From Chlamydiales bacterium (lineage in GTDB: Bacteria > Chlamydiota > Chlamydiia > Chlamydiales > SM23-39): a stretch of DNA of 56,042 nt. The stretch spans positions 1 to 56,042 of the forward strand of contig DATIIR010000058.1 of assembly GCA_035479435.1 (NCBI GenBank), in the 5' to 3' direction. The notes beneath the pieces were generated by a model, which was given only the letters and a program-made list of their open reading frames with translations, ran no database searches and was not told the DNA's origin. Both the position numbers and the translations under genes were made by a program. Of the stretch, positions 8,441 to 17,499 are shown piece after piece (the first letter of the stretch is position 1; every line of letters starts with the position of its first letter).

Positions 8441-8872
8441 ATGATTACGGAAATAAGACTTAATAATGCGCCTTTAATGCAAGGCTCCGGAGGTACTGTA
8501 GTTCAGCAGCTTCAGGATGCTTTAGCCGATTACCAGAAGCTCTTTGCCCAGTGGGAACAAGATAGTCGTTCGGGGATAGACATGACGCAAATCAACGCTC
8601 AGGTGGAGGCCTCTATGACTAAAATACTCGATCTGATCAACGCGCCTGAAAATAGGATGTTTCTGGATGCGCAATTAAAAGCTAAAGGCTGGGTGCCTGG
8701 TAAATCGTATGGGCACGACATGAACCCCTTCGATTTATTTGGGGCGAGCTCGTCGTTCGCTGCAGACTTTCTCAAGCAATCTGCGGAGTGGACGCTCACC
8801 TCGTTCAACACAGATATCGCGACACTGGTGAATGACTTAAACAACCCCGCTCCCTCAGGCCATGGTCTCTGA
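8441..8872 (+). CDS. Hypothetical protein (orphan)
   Basis: Start chosen at MITEIRL with a GAAGGAAGG RBS. The TTG-started track ORF (8387) would begin inside the promoter. No recognisable domain. Confidence 0.6.
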   Translation: MITEIRLNNAPLMQGSGGTVVQQLQDALADYQKLFAQWEQDSRSGIDMTQINAQVEASMTKILDLINAPENRMFLDAQLKAKGWVPGKSYGHDMNPFDLFGASSSFAADFLKQSAEWTLTSFNTDIATLVNDLNNPAPSGHGL

Positions 8873-9878
8873 AATCAGTGCAGATAGTTCTTCCCCGTTA
8901 TCGCTCACGGATGAGGCGTTAGTCTCCGACCTGATCGGTCGGCTTTTCGGCATGCCTCTGGAAGATGCCAAAGAGTTTCTGCAAGTGCATATTCGCCGTT
9001 TCAATCCGCAGCAAATGGAAAGGATCCATACAGCGTTGTTCGCGCTTCCTCTGATCTGCAGATTTAAAGAGGAGAATCGGGGTGAGGCGGCAGCCATCTA
9101 TGCTGCGAGCAAGTACACTGAGTCACAGATTGAGTATGGAAAAAAGTGGTTTCAATCGGCCCTCCTCATTGAAAAGACCTCTTCTCTGACAGATAAATTC
9201 ATGTCCTGGGCGCTGGACCGTGAGGAGATAGCCATTCAGAGAGGAGAGGACTCCTCGGCCGATTTTACCTTGCCGAGGAACGCATCTCGTTCGGAGAAGT
9301 ACACCTCCATTGTGGGGCGATACTCTTGGATTCTCGACTCCTATCCCGAGCAAGCTTTACAAAACCTGGCATTGCTTGGCGATGGGGCCAGCGAAATCAG
9401 TTATGTTTTACAGTACCCCGATTCTTCTGGCCGGAACTTACCTCTCACCCGCTTTGTCAACGAGCCGGGCGCGACGCCCCATTGGCAGCATACATCTCGC
9501 AAGGTTTTGCGCATCTTAGAGCCTCACTTAAACGAGCTCCACGAAGAGTTGCATGCGCTTGGCAAGGAGATGGTGGCGGCGCAAGGAACGGATGCGTTCG
9601 AGTCGAAAAAGGGGCCATTTCTGGCCAAATTAGCTGAAGTCTACTGGCTGGCATCCAACTTGATGTTGACTGCGCGTGGCAGCGCCCAATACTGCCAAAA
9701 TCTCCTCTTTCATGAACTCGTGGATCACAAGCTTCCTCCCCTCGTTCCGAAAGTGGGTCTTCTTCCCGATTGCATTGCGATCACCATTCCCCTGGAAGTC
9801 TTCCAAAAGAACTTTCTCTCCTACTTTGAGTCGATGGACACATTCGCTCAAATCAGAGAACTCTGTACATCTAAATAA
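8862..9878 (+). CDS. Hypothetical protein (orphan, 338 aa)
   Basis: Long ORF that overlaps the upstream orphan by 11 nt. No signal peptide or domain that I can name. Confidence 0.65.
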   Translation: MVSEISADSSSPLSLTDEALVSDLIGRLFGMPLEDAKEFLQVHIRRFNPQQMERIHTALFALPLICRFKEENRGEAAAIYAASKYTESQIEYGKKWFQSALLIEKTSSLTDKFMSWALDREEIAIQRGEDSSADFTLPRNASRSEKYTSIVGRYSWILDSYPEQALQNLALLGDGASEISYVLQYPDSSGRNLPLTRFVNEPGATPHWQHTSRKVLRILEPHLNELHEELHALGKEMVAAQGTDAFESKKGPFLAKLAEVYWLASNLMLTARGSAQYCQNLLFHELVDHKLPPLVPKVGLLPDCIAITIPLEVFQKNFLSYFESMDTFAQIRELCTSK

Positions 9879-9884
9879 TCACTT

Positions 9885-11333
9885 CTAATCTTCGGGTGAG
9901 AAGGCGGAGAAGGCCTCTTTGTTGCCTTTGGCGACTTCGGGCTGGCCGTTGACGGGCGAGTAGTTGTTGAATTGGCCGATTTCCTTCCGGAAAGCGAGCT
10001 GGACATCGCCGACGGCACCGTGGCGGTTTTTGGCGACGATGACTTCGGCGATGCCGGGCTTGTCGTATTTGTCGTAATAATCGCGCCGGAAAATCATCAT
10101 CACCACATCGGCATCCTGTTCCAGGGATCCGCTTTCACGAAGGTCGCTCATCATGGGGCGGTGGCCTTGCCGCTCTTCCACTTTGCGGGAGAGCTGGGCG
10201 GCACAGAGAATGGGGACGTTGAGCTCGCGGGCGAGGTTTTTCAACATGCGGGAGATTTCAGAGATCTCCGTTTGCCGGTTCTCGATAGAGCGCATGTTGC
10301 CCGAGCCAGAGATAAGCTGCAGGTAGTCGATGACGATGAAGCCAACATTATAGGCCTCCTTCATGCGGCGGGCACGGGCGCGGATGTCGGTGATCTTGAG
10401 ACCCGGCTGGTCGTCGATAATGAGGGTGTCTTTTTGCATCATGTTGGCGGCGGCGACGATGCGCTGGTATTCAGAGCCGCTGAGAGAGCCGGTGAGGATT
10501 TTGTCCGATTCAACTTCCGATTGGGAACTGATAATGCGGTGGAGAATTTGGGTGGCGCTCATCTCAAGAGAAAAAATGCCGACAGGGATGTGATTGCGAA
10601 AGCAAATGTTCTCAGCGAGACAACAGGCAAGGGCGGTTTTTCCCATCGCGGGACGGGCGGCGAGGATCATGAGGTTGGATTTGTTAAAACCGTTGAGCAT
10701 CTTGTCGAGGTCGATAAAGTGGGTGGGAATGCCAGTAATGCCCGATTCGCCAGGCCCTTTCTCTTGATATTTCTGCTGCCGCTCCTGGAGCTCCTTGAGA
10801 TAGGGCATCTTCGATTCGGCTTTGAGTCCAGTGATGAGATCTTTGATCGTGACGCCAGAATTTTGCTGGTTCTCTTGCGAGATCTGGAAGAATTGCGATT
10901 GGGCTTGATCGAGAGCGGCAAGGACGTCGGCGGGCTCCTCAAGGGCCACTTTCTCTATGCCCTGAGCCGTTGAAACCATCTGGCGGAGGATCGACTTCTC
11001 CCGAACGAGCTGGATGTACTCTTCGATGAACGCAGAGGTGCCGGCGTATTGGGCGAGCGTGGTGAGGTAGCTGATGCCTCCGATGGCGTCGAGCTTGTTC
11101 ACCCGCTTGAGTTCTTCGCCGATGAGGTGGATGTCGGCGGGCTTGTCGGCGCGGTAGGCGGCCTTGAGGGTCGAGTAGATCGTCTGGTGCTCGGTGTAGT
11201 AGAAATCGAGATCGTCGAGACTGTCGGCGCCGATGTTGAGCGCGTTGACGTTCGTCAACATACAGCCAAGGACCATCATCTCCGATTCTTTGGAGTTGGG
11301 GGGAACGCGTGTCTTTCTCTCTGGTTCTGCCAT
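9885..11333 (-). CDS. dnaB: Replicative DNA helicase DnaB
   Basis: Walker A ARPAMGKT, plus IVIDYLQL and SGSLEQDADVV motifs. No intein. Confidence 0.95.
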   Translation of the reverse strand: MAEPERKTRVPPNSKESEMMVLGCMLTNVNALNIGADSLDDLDFYYTEHQTIYSTLKAAYRADKPADIHLIGEELKRVNKLDAIGGISYLTTLAQYAGTSAFIEEYIQLVREKSILRQMVSTAQGIEKVALEEPADVLAALDQAQSQFFQISQENQQNSGVTIKDLITGLKAESKMPYLKELQERQQKYQEKGPGESGITGIPTHFIDLDKMLNGFNKSNLMILAARPAMGKTALACCLAENICFRNHIPVGIFSLEMSATQILHRIISSQSEVESDKILTGSLSGSEYQRIVAAANMMQKDTLIIDDQPGLKITDIRARARRMKEAYNVGFIVIDYLQLISGSGNMRSIENRQTEISEISRMLKNLARELNVPILCAAQLSRKVEERQGHRPMMSDLRESGSLEQDADVVMMIFRRDYYDKYDKPGIAEVIVAKNRHGAVGDVQLAFRKEIGQFNNYSPVNGQPEVAKGNKEAFSAFSPED

Positions 11334-11413
11334 ACCCTGAGACGTTAACAGATTTTGTCAAAAAACGGAAAGGGATGGAGGAAATTAAATGAAAATTCGG
11401 GTAAACTCCCTCT

Positions 11414-12178
11414 ATGAACATGAGACAATCTAAATCTTTTGTTGACGGACAAAAATACTACGGCATCCACGCTTGTCTGGCGCTTTGGGAAAAACGCCCC
11501 TACGATGTGATCCGGGTCTATGTGCATGAGTCTAATATCAAGCTGCTTAGCCCTGTTTTAAAGGGGTGTGCGCAGCAAAAGAAGGCCTACCACGTGGTCT
11601 CCTCCGAAGAGCTGAGCCGGATTACCGACTCGGTGCACCATGAGGGCGTATGTGTGCTGGCGAAGGAATTGAAACCGGTGAAATTTGCGGACCTCTTGGC
11701 GGAGATCGGCCGTATGGGACCAAAAATTTGTTTGCTCTATTTGGACGGAGTGCAAAATCCCCACAACATCGGATCGATCCTGAGAACCTCTGCCCATTTT
11801 GGGATCCCCTACATCCTGGGCGATCGCTTGCCCGCTTTGAGCGCCTCGGCTTGCCGGATCGCGAAAGGGGGCGCCGAGTTGGTGCGATTGGTGCAGCTCG
11901 ACAATCCTCTGACCGCGCTTGAGTCGTTGAAAAAGTTGGGATTCTCCATCGTGGGCACATCGAGCCACGGGGGCACGTCGCTCTATCAGTGCTCTTTCTC
12001 GCCCCGCACGATTTTGGCTTTTGGTTCCGAATCGGATGGGATAGGGAAGCAGATGCAGAAAGCCGCGACGCAAAAGATCCAAATTCCGGGCACGGGAGCG
12101 ATCGAGAGTCTCAACGTTTCCGTGGCGACGAGTCTTTGCCTCGGAGAATATGCGCGTCAACATAGGCAGCAGCCATGA
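11414..12178 (+). CDS. TrmH/SpoU-family RNA 2'-O-methyltransferase (RlmB-like)
   Basis: LDGVQNPHNIGSILRT, AFGSESDG and ESLNVSVA SPOUT motifs. Confidence 0.85.
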   Translation: MNMRQSKSFVDGQKYYGIHACLALWEKRPYDVIRVYVHESNIKLLSPVLKGCAQQKKAYHVVSSEELSRITDSVHHEGVCVLAKELKPVKFADLLAEIGRMGPKICLLYLDGVQNPHNIGSILRTSAHFGIPYILGDRLPALSASACRIAKGGAELVRLVQLDNPLTALESLKKLGFSIVGTSSHGGTSLYQCSFSPRTILAFGSESDGIGKQMQKAATQKIQIPGTGAIESLNVSVATSLCLGEYARQHRQQP

Positions 12179-13050
12179 GAACTGGCTATCTCGCCCCCGT
12201 TGGCCTCGAAGAGGCGCTTTTGGGTGAGCTGAAAGAGGTCGAAAGCCAGGTGGGAAGGTTGATCATCGCCCGCGGAGAGGCGCAGCCAGTTCATTGGGCG
12301 CTCAATATTTGGCGCGATCTGCAGATCATCCCGTTTGATTCCATTGGAGATGCGGCCCAAAAATTGCGCGCTCTACACGGTCTTTGGGCCTTTTTCCCTC
12401 ACGAACACATCCGTAGAGCCCACCTCATTCAGGAAAAACTCCCCTACTTTTCCCCCAAGCCGTTGCCTTTTCCCGCGACGTTGCCCAAAGGGACGTTGGG
12501 ATCGTGGACTTTGTTGGATGCGAATACGCTCATCGCGTCGGCGTCTTGCACGAGTCCCGTCCCTCACGGCGAATATCAGTTTCTGGAGACCAAAGAGCCT
12601 CCTTCAAGGGCCTATCTGAAACTCTGGGAAGCGCTCACCCGTTTGGGTTGCATGCCGAAACCGGGCGACGTCTGTTTGGAAATCGGCGCCAGTCCCGGCA
12701 GTTGGACCTACGTCCTCTCCTCTTTGGGGGCGAAAGTGATCGCCGTCGACCGAGCGCCCTTGGAGAGAAATTTCCCCAATGTCCGGTTTCTGAAACAGGA
12801 TGCGTTTCAATTACATCCCAAAGATTTTGAGCAGGTGACCTGGGTGTTTAGCGATGTGATTTGCTATCCGGAGAAACTCCTCTCTTGGATTCAACTTTGG
12901 TTGGATCAGGGTAGCAAGGCGCGCTTTGTCTGCACTCTTAAGTTTCAGGGCGCAGACGGATATGGCGTCATTGCCGAGTTTGAGAAAATTCCCGGTTGCA
13001 AAATTCTCCACCTCTCCCATAATAAGCACGAACTTACTTTCATGGTGTAG
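12175..13050 (+). CDS. FtsJ/RlmM-like SAM-dependent rRNA methyltransferase
   Basis: CLEIGASPGSWTYVL SAM motif and the C-terminal layout of RlmM. ATGA overlap with the upstream gene. Confidence 0.7.
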   Translation: MRTGYLAPVGLEEALLGELKEVESQVGRLIIARGEAQPVHWALNIWRDLQIIPFDSIGDAAQKLRALHGLWAFFPHEHIRRAHLIQEKLPYFSPKPLPFPATLPKGTLGSWTLLDANTLIASASCTSPVPHGEYQFLETKEPPSRAYLKLWEALTRLGCMPKPGDVCLEIGASPGSWTYVLSSLGAKVIAVDRAPLERNFPNVRFLKQDAFQLHPKDFEQVTWVFSDVICYPEKLLSWIQLWLDQGSKARFVCTLKFQGADGYGVIAEFEKIPGCKILHLSHNKHELTFMV

Positions 13051-13052
13051 AG

Positions 13053-14792
13053 ATGAGAATCGCCCTGTTTTTGTTGGCTGTCAGCGGCCTATTTGCGCAG
13101 CAGAATATCGACTCCTATTTTGAGCGACTTTTCGATACGTTTCTAGCGCACGATCCTCAAGGGAAGAGCGCGACGGGGCTGTTTGAGCCCAACGACCAGC
13201 TCAACGACGTGAGTCCAAAGGCCCTTCTCCGCATCCACCGAGAGAAGATCGCCATGTTGGAAAAGCTGCAGCAGTATGAGCTCGATTCCCTCACGCCGGA
13301 ACAGCAGATTTCGCACCGCGTATTTTCTTGGATGCGCGACTATATGGTCGCGGATGAAAAATATCTTTTTCACGCCTATCGCGTGAATCAGATGTTTGGC
13401 ATTTTGAATGAATTGACATTTGTCTTTACGCAGTTTCACCGTTTGGAGACACAAAAAGATGTGGATCTCTACATCTCTCGCCTCGCGAAAATCCCCAAAC
13501 AACTCGAACAGACGATCGAGTTGATGAAGCATCAAAGGAAATTGGGCGTCGTACCTCCTGCATTTACGATTGAAAAAGTCATCCAGATCATTCAAAAATC
13601 GACCCCAGCCTCTATTGAGGAGAACGCCTTGTATTCCCATTTGGCGAGTAGAGACGTCGATCCGGCGCAACTGGCCAAAGCGGCCCGTGTGATGCAGACT
13701 CAAGTCTATCCCGCCTATCAAAAGTTGAGCGATTATTTAGCCGCTCTTTTGAAAGAGGGCGTGAAAAATCAGGGCGTTTGGGCATTGCCCGATGGGGACA
13801 ATTACTACGCCCACGTCCTTCGCTATCACACAACCACCGACCTCACCCCCGATGAGATCCACGCGATAGGATTTGAGCAAATCGCTCAGATCCAACAAGA
13901 GATGAGGAGTGTTTTAGCGGACCTCGGCCTCTCCGATCCCGACAAAACGGTTGGGGAGCTCGTTGCGCAGCTGGCCAAAGACCCTCAGTTTTACTTCTCC
14001 AACGACGAGGAAGGGCGGCAGGAGTGTTTGAAAAAGTACGAGGCGATATTGGCGCGGTGCCGCGAGCAGTTGTATCCTCTTTTCGATCTCAGGCCCGATG
14101 TGTCGGTTGCGATTACACCCGTGCCGGCCCACGAGCAAGAGGGGACGGCTGGCGCCTATTACCTCCCCCCCAGCCTCGACCGATCGCGGCCCGGGACCTT
14201 CTATGCCAACATGGGCAATATGAAAGAGGTCCCCATGTATACGATGGAGACGCTTACCATTCATGAAGCCGAACCGGGCCACCATTTTCAAATTGCGCTG
14301 CAAAATGAGATGAATATCCCCACTTTGCGCAAGTTGGAGAGTGGCTTTACAGCTTACGTGGAAGGGTGGGCGCTCTATGCGGAAAAGTTGGCTTATGAGC
14401 AGGGCTTCTATTCCTCTCCCTCTGCCCGGCTGGGCCATCTGCAAGCCGAATTGCTCCGAGCCGTTCGGCTTGTCGTAGACACGGGCATCCACAGCAAGAG
14501 ATGGACCCGCGAGCAGGCGATCGAGACGATGCAAAAGACGACGGGCCTCCACCTGGGCACCGTGACTCGCGAAGTGGAGCGCTACTTTGTCTACCCGGGC
14601 CAAGCCTGCTCCTACAAAATCGGGCAGCTCAAGATCCTCGAGCTGCGGAAGCGAGCCCAACTCGCCCTCGGCGACCGGTTTGACATCCGCCAGTTCCACA
14701 ACGTCGTCCTCAAGACCGCCGCAGCCCCCCTCACCGTCCTAGAAGAAAATATCGACAAATACATCATTGACGAAAAGTCCCCCTTTTTCTAG
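13053..14792 (+). CDS. DUF885-family secreted metallopeptidase-like protein
   Basis: Signal peptide MRIALFLLAVSGLFAQQ. HEAEPGHHFQ signature typical of DUF885. Confidence 0.8.
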   Translation: MRIALFLLAVSGLFAQQNIDSYFERLFDTFLAHDPQGKSATGLFEPNDQLNDVSPKALLRIHREKIAMLEKLQQYELDSLTPEQQISHRVFSWMRDYMVADEKYLFHAYRVNQMFGILNELTFVFTQFHRLETQKDVDLYISRLAKIPKQLEQTIELMKHQRKLGVVPPAFTIEKVIQIIQKSTPASIEENALYSHLASRDVDPAQLAKAARVMQTQVYPAYQKLSDYLAALLKEGVKNQGVWALPDGDNYYAHVLRYHTTTDLTPDEIHAIGFEQIAQIQQEMRSVLADLGLSDPDKTVGELVAQLAKDPQFYFSNDEEGRQECLKKYEAILARCREQLYPLFDLRPDVSVAITPVPAHEQEGTAGAYYLPPSLDRSRPGTFYANMGNMKEVPMYTMETLTIHEAEPGHHFQIALQNEMNIPTLRKLESGFTAYVEGWALYAEKLAYEQGFYSSPSARLGHLQAELLRAVRLVVDTGIHSKRWTREQAIETMQKTTGLHLGTVTREVERYFVYPGQACSYKIGQLKILELRKRAQLALGDRFDIRQFHNVVLKTAAAPLTVLEENIDKYIIDEKSPFF

Positions 14793-14946
14793 CATGGGGG
14801 GCATGAAAGAGTCCTTTATTCTTTCCTTTTCTCCTCCACCGCCCGTTCGGGTATAGAATCCTTTTTTTCACAATTTTTCGATTGCTACTTGCCAGCTTTA
14901 GAGATCTAAGGCTCATTTTTTAAAAAACTTTTTTCAGGTTCTATTT

Positions 14947-15666
14947 ATGAAAGTTGTCATTAAGGTGGGGACCAGTTCCCTGGCCATACGGCGTATTCAT
15001 TTGGGGTTAGTACAACAAATCGTTCAGTTACAGAGCCAAGGCGTCCAAATCTTGCTTGTGAGTTCGGGAGCGGTAGCCAGGGGAAGGGAATTGCTCCACT
15101 CGGTAACCTCCTCGAAACAAACCTTTGCCTCCATCGGACAGGTGAAGCTCATGCAAGTGTGGGCTGAGCTCTTCTCCCTGTTTGATCTTCAGGTAGGTCA
15201 AGTTCTATTAACCAAGGAAGATTTTGGGAAGGCGACTCAAGAGACCCTAAATGGGTTATTGCGAGAAAAAATCATCCCGATCATCAACGAAAACGATACC
15301 GTTGCCGCCTCTCAGGCGCGCATTGGAAACAACGACAGTTTGGCTGCGCTGGTAGCAAGATTGATCGATGCCGACCGGTTGATTCTCCTCACAGATCAAG
15401 AAGGGCTATATACGGCCGATCCGCGGCTTCATCCCGATGCAAAACTCATCCCCTTTGTCCGAAAAATCGATGAGACTCTTTTTGATTTTGCAAAGGGGTC
15501 TTCGACTGGTGTGGGAACGGGAGGAATGGCTACCAAGATCGAAGCCGCTTTGGTGGCATCGAGAGCGGGAATCCCGACGACGGTGGCTTCGGCCACCCGC
15601 CCGAATGTACTACTCGATTGGGTAGGCGGAAAAGAAATTGGCACCCTATTTGAGGAGGTAAGATGA
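14947..15666 (+). CDS. proB: Glutamate 5-kinase (short form without a PUA domain)
   Basis: VIKVGTSSL, LVSSGAVA and INENDTV motifs. 239 aa. Overlaps the proA start. Confidence 0.9.
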   Translation: MKVVIKVGTSSLAIRRIHLGLVQQIVQLQSQGVQILLVSSGAVARGRELLHSVTSSKQTFASIGQVKLMQVWAELFSLFDLQVGQVLLTKEDFGKATQETLNGLLREKIIPIINENDTVAASQARIGNNDSLAALVARLIDADRLILLTDQEGLYTADPRLHPDAKLIPFVRKIDETLFDFAKGSSTGVGTGGMATKIEAALVASRAGIPTTVASATRPNVLLDWVGGKEIGTLFEEVR

Positions 15667-16889
15667 GAGAGTTAGCAAAGAGTGCAAAAGCGCTTACCCA
15701 CGAGATGGCAAGCGCCACGACAGAGCAAAAAAATGGAGCCTTGCGAGCATTGATTGAGAATCTATGGGAGAATCGATCCCTTATTTTGGAGGCCAATCAG
15801 CAAGACCTAGCTGCAGCCAAGGAGCTTAGCGCCCCCATGCTGGAGAGGATGGCCCTTCATTTAGAGGGGATCATTCATGATATTGGAGAGGTCATTGCGC
15901 TCCCCGATCCGATTGGAGAGTGGTTTGAGGAGCGGACGCTTCCCAATTCGCTACACATTGCCAAATGTAGGACCCCACTCGGGGTCCTCGGGGCAATTTA
16001 TGAGTCGAGGCCCAATGTTACGCTCGATATTGCCTCATTGGCTATTAAGTCGGGCAATTGCGCCCTTTTACGAGGGGGCTCTGAAACGCTTTGCACCAAT
16101 CAAGTTTTAGTCCAAATGATTCAGCGAGCGCTACACCGTGCGGGCCTTCCCTCAAAGGCGATCCAACTCATTGCCAACACCGATCGGAGTGCGGTAAAGG
16201 AGATGCTTCAGTGTCACGAATCGATCGATCTGATCATCCCTCGAGGCAGCACTGCTTTGCAGCAATTTTGCCGTGAGCACAGCACCATTCCCGTAGTCAC
16301 GGGCGGCATTGGCATTTGCCATCTCTTTGTCGACGCCTCAGCCGATCTAGAGCGCTCGCTTGAGGTGATCCTCAATGCAAAAACACAGCGGCCCACCGTC
16401 TGCAATGCCCTCGATACCCTTTTGGTCCATGAGCAGGTGGCCCATTTCATCCCTCGAGTCGTGCAGACTCTAAGCGAGAAAGGAGTCTCCTTCCGTCTCG
16501 ACGAGAAAGCGATGCAGCTGGTCTCAAATGGCCACTGCCAATTAGCGGGGCCTAATGATTGGGATACCGAGTGGCTCAGTCTGGTGTTGGGGATTAAGGT
16601 CGTCGCCCATCTGCCTGCCGCCATCCTCCATATCCAGCAGCATGGGACGGGCCATAGCGATGGCATTTTGACCGAGAGCATCGAGAATGGGAAAATCTTC
16701 ATTCAGCAAATCGATTCCGCCGCCGTCTACATCAATGCCTCGACCCGTTTTACCGACGGCGGGCAATTTGGTCTAGGCGCGGAGGTGGCGATCAGCACGC
16801 AGAAGCTCCACGCCCGCGGCCCTATGGGGCTTAAAGAATTAACTACCTATAAGTGGGTTGTGAGAGGAGACTACCAAGTGCGCAAATAA
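15663..16889 (+). CDS. proA: Gamma-glutamyl phosphate reductase
   Basis: IYESRPNVT, CNALDTLLVH and ASTRFTDGGQFG motifs. Confidence 0.93.
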   Translation: MRELAKSAKALTHEMASATTEQKNGALRALIENLWENRSLILEANQQDLAAAKELSAPMLERMALHLEGIIHDIGEVIALPDPIGEWFEERTLPNSLHIAKCRTPLGVLGAIYESRPNVTLDIASLAIKSGNCALLRGGSETLCTNQVLVQMIQRALHRAGLPSKAIQLIANTDRSAVKEMLQCHESIDLIIPRGSTALQQFCREHSTIPVVTGGIGICHLFVDASADLERSLEVILNAKTQRPTVCNALDTLLVHEQVAHFIPRVVQTLSEKGVSFRLDEKAMQLVSNGHCQLAGPNDWDTEWLSLVLGIKVVAHLPAAILHIQQHGTGHSDGILTESIENGKIFIQQIDSAAVYINASTRFTDGGQFGLGAEVAISTQKLHARGPMGLKELTTYKWVVRGDYQVRK

Positions 16890-16928
16890 AAAGTTCACTT
16901 TTATCCCCTCCGCGTAGCGCAGAGAAAA

Positions 16929-16952
16929 CGGAAAGAGAGGGATTTCCCTCAG
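16929..16952 (-). repeat. Relic copy of the tRNA-Ser 3' end (acceptor 3' strand plus shortened T-arm)
   Basis: CGGAAAGAGAGGGATTT (16929-16945) is identical to 17086-17102. It is followed by CCCTC, as in the tRNA, after a 4-nt deletion. Confidence 0.7.
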
Positions 16953-17043
16953 AGCGGGCGGCGGAGCCGTCCCGTCCCTTCGGGGCCGCCTCGGCCGGTT
17001 TTGCGAGACGCAAAACAGCGGCTTTCGGTTCAAACCCCTCACG

Positions 17044-17065
17044 AAAAGCCAAGCAGTTGGCTTTT
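17044..17065. terminator. Bidirectional hairpin terminator between proA and tRNA-Ser
   Basis: AAAAGCCAA-gcag-TTGGCTTTT: a 9-bp stem with U-tracts on both strands. Confidence 0.5.
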
Positions 17066-17085
17066 CTATCTTTCCTCATAAAATT

Positions 17086-17174
17086 CGGAAAGAGAGGGAT
17101 TTGAACCCTCGATACCGTTTAACGGGTATGCGTCCTTAGCAGGGACGTGCTTTCGGCCACTCAGCCATCTTTCC
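17086..17174 (-). tRNA. tRNA-Ser (anticodon GCU)
   Basis: Hand-folded cloverleaf. Acceptor stem GGAAAGA/TCTTTCC, anticodon arm CGTCC-CTGCTAA-GGACG, long variable arm, and T-arm GAGGG-TTCAAAT-CCCTC. CCA is not encoded. Confidence 0.9.
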
Positions 17175-17252
17175 AGAGGAATAAATTCTATGTGAAGGGA
17201 ACGTTTTGAGCAAGGACAGAGCTTAATCAATCTTTTCTTGAGGGGGCTCAAA

Positions 17253-17269
17253 TGTAAAGCGGCTTTACA
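17253..17269. repeat. Iterated palindrome copy c (intergenic)
   Basis: TGTAAAGCGGCTTTACA; symmetry extends over 17252-17270. Confidence 0.9.
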
Positions 17270-17295
17270 TTAGAGGCCGCTACCGCCGATGCGCA

Positions 17296-17496
17296 TCAGT
17301 GTTGCATGGCTAGCAGCGCAGATTCGGCTTCGGCTAGGGTGGGTCTTTTTGCAGGATCTCGATCTAAAAGATTTTTGATCAATTGCACCAGCGACTTTTT
17401 CCCCCGTAAATTGCGATCTTTTAAAGGACTGTGTGGTGACCCCGGCTGTTTGCATTTCTCTTGCAAACTCCGGAGGGGATTCGTATAAGGCGGTTG
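17296..17496 (-). pseudogene. Ser/Thr protein kinase C-terminal fragment (relic)
   Basis: A frame not shown in the ORF track reads ...PPYTNPLRSLQEK...RNLRGKKSLVQLIKNLLDRDPAKRPTLAEAESALLAMQH*. This is the Hanks-kinase subdomain X-XI signature (LL..DP.KRPT). No catalytic core lies upstream, and the frame closes at 17542. Confidence 0.45.
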
Positions 17497-17499
17497 AAT

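Noticed and set aside
16953-17040. GC-rich hairpins between the tRNA relic and the terminator were considered as a possible small RNA gene.
   Set aside because: There is no recognisable family signature, promoter or conservation information. They are described only as part of the att-like scar.
17270-17455. A 61-aa Met-initiated ORF is listed in the track between tRNA-Ser and the MauE-like gene.
   Set aside because: Its translation has no features. A different frame on the same strand gives a clear kinase C-terminal signature, so that frame is preferred and is interpreted as a pseudogene relic.
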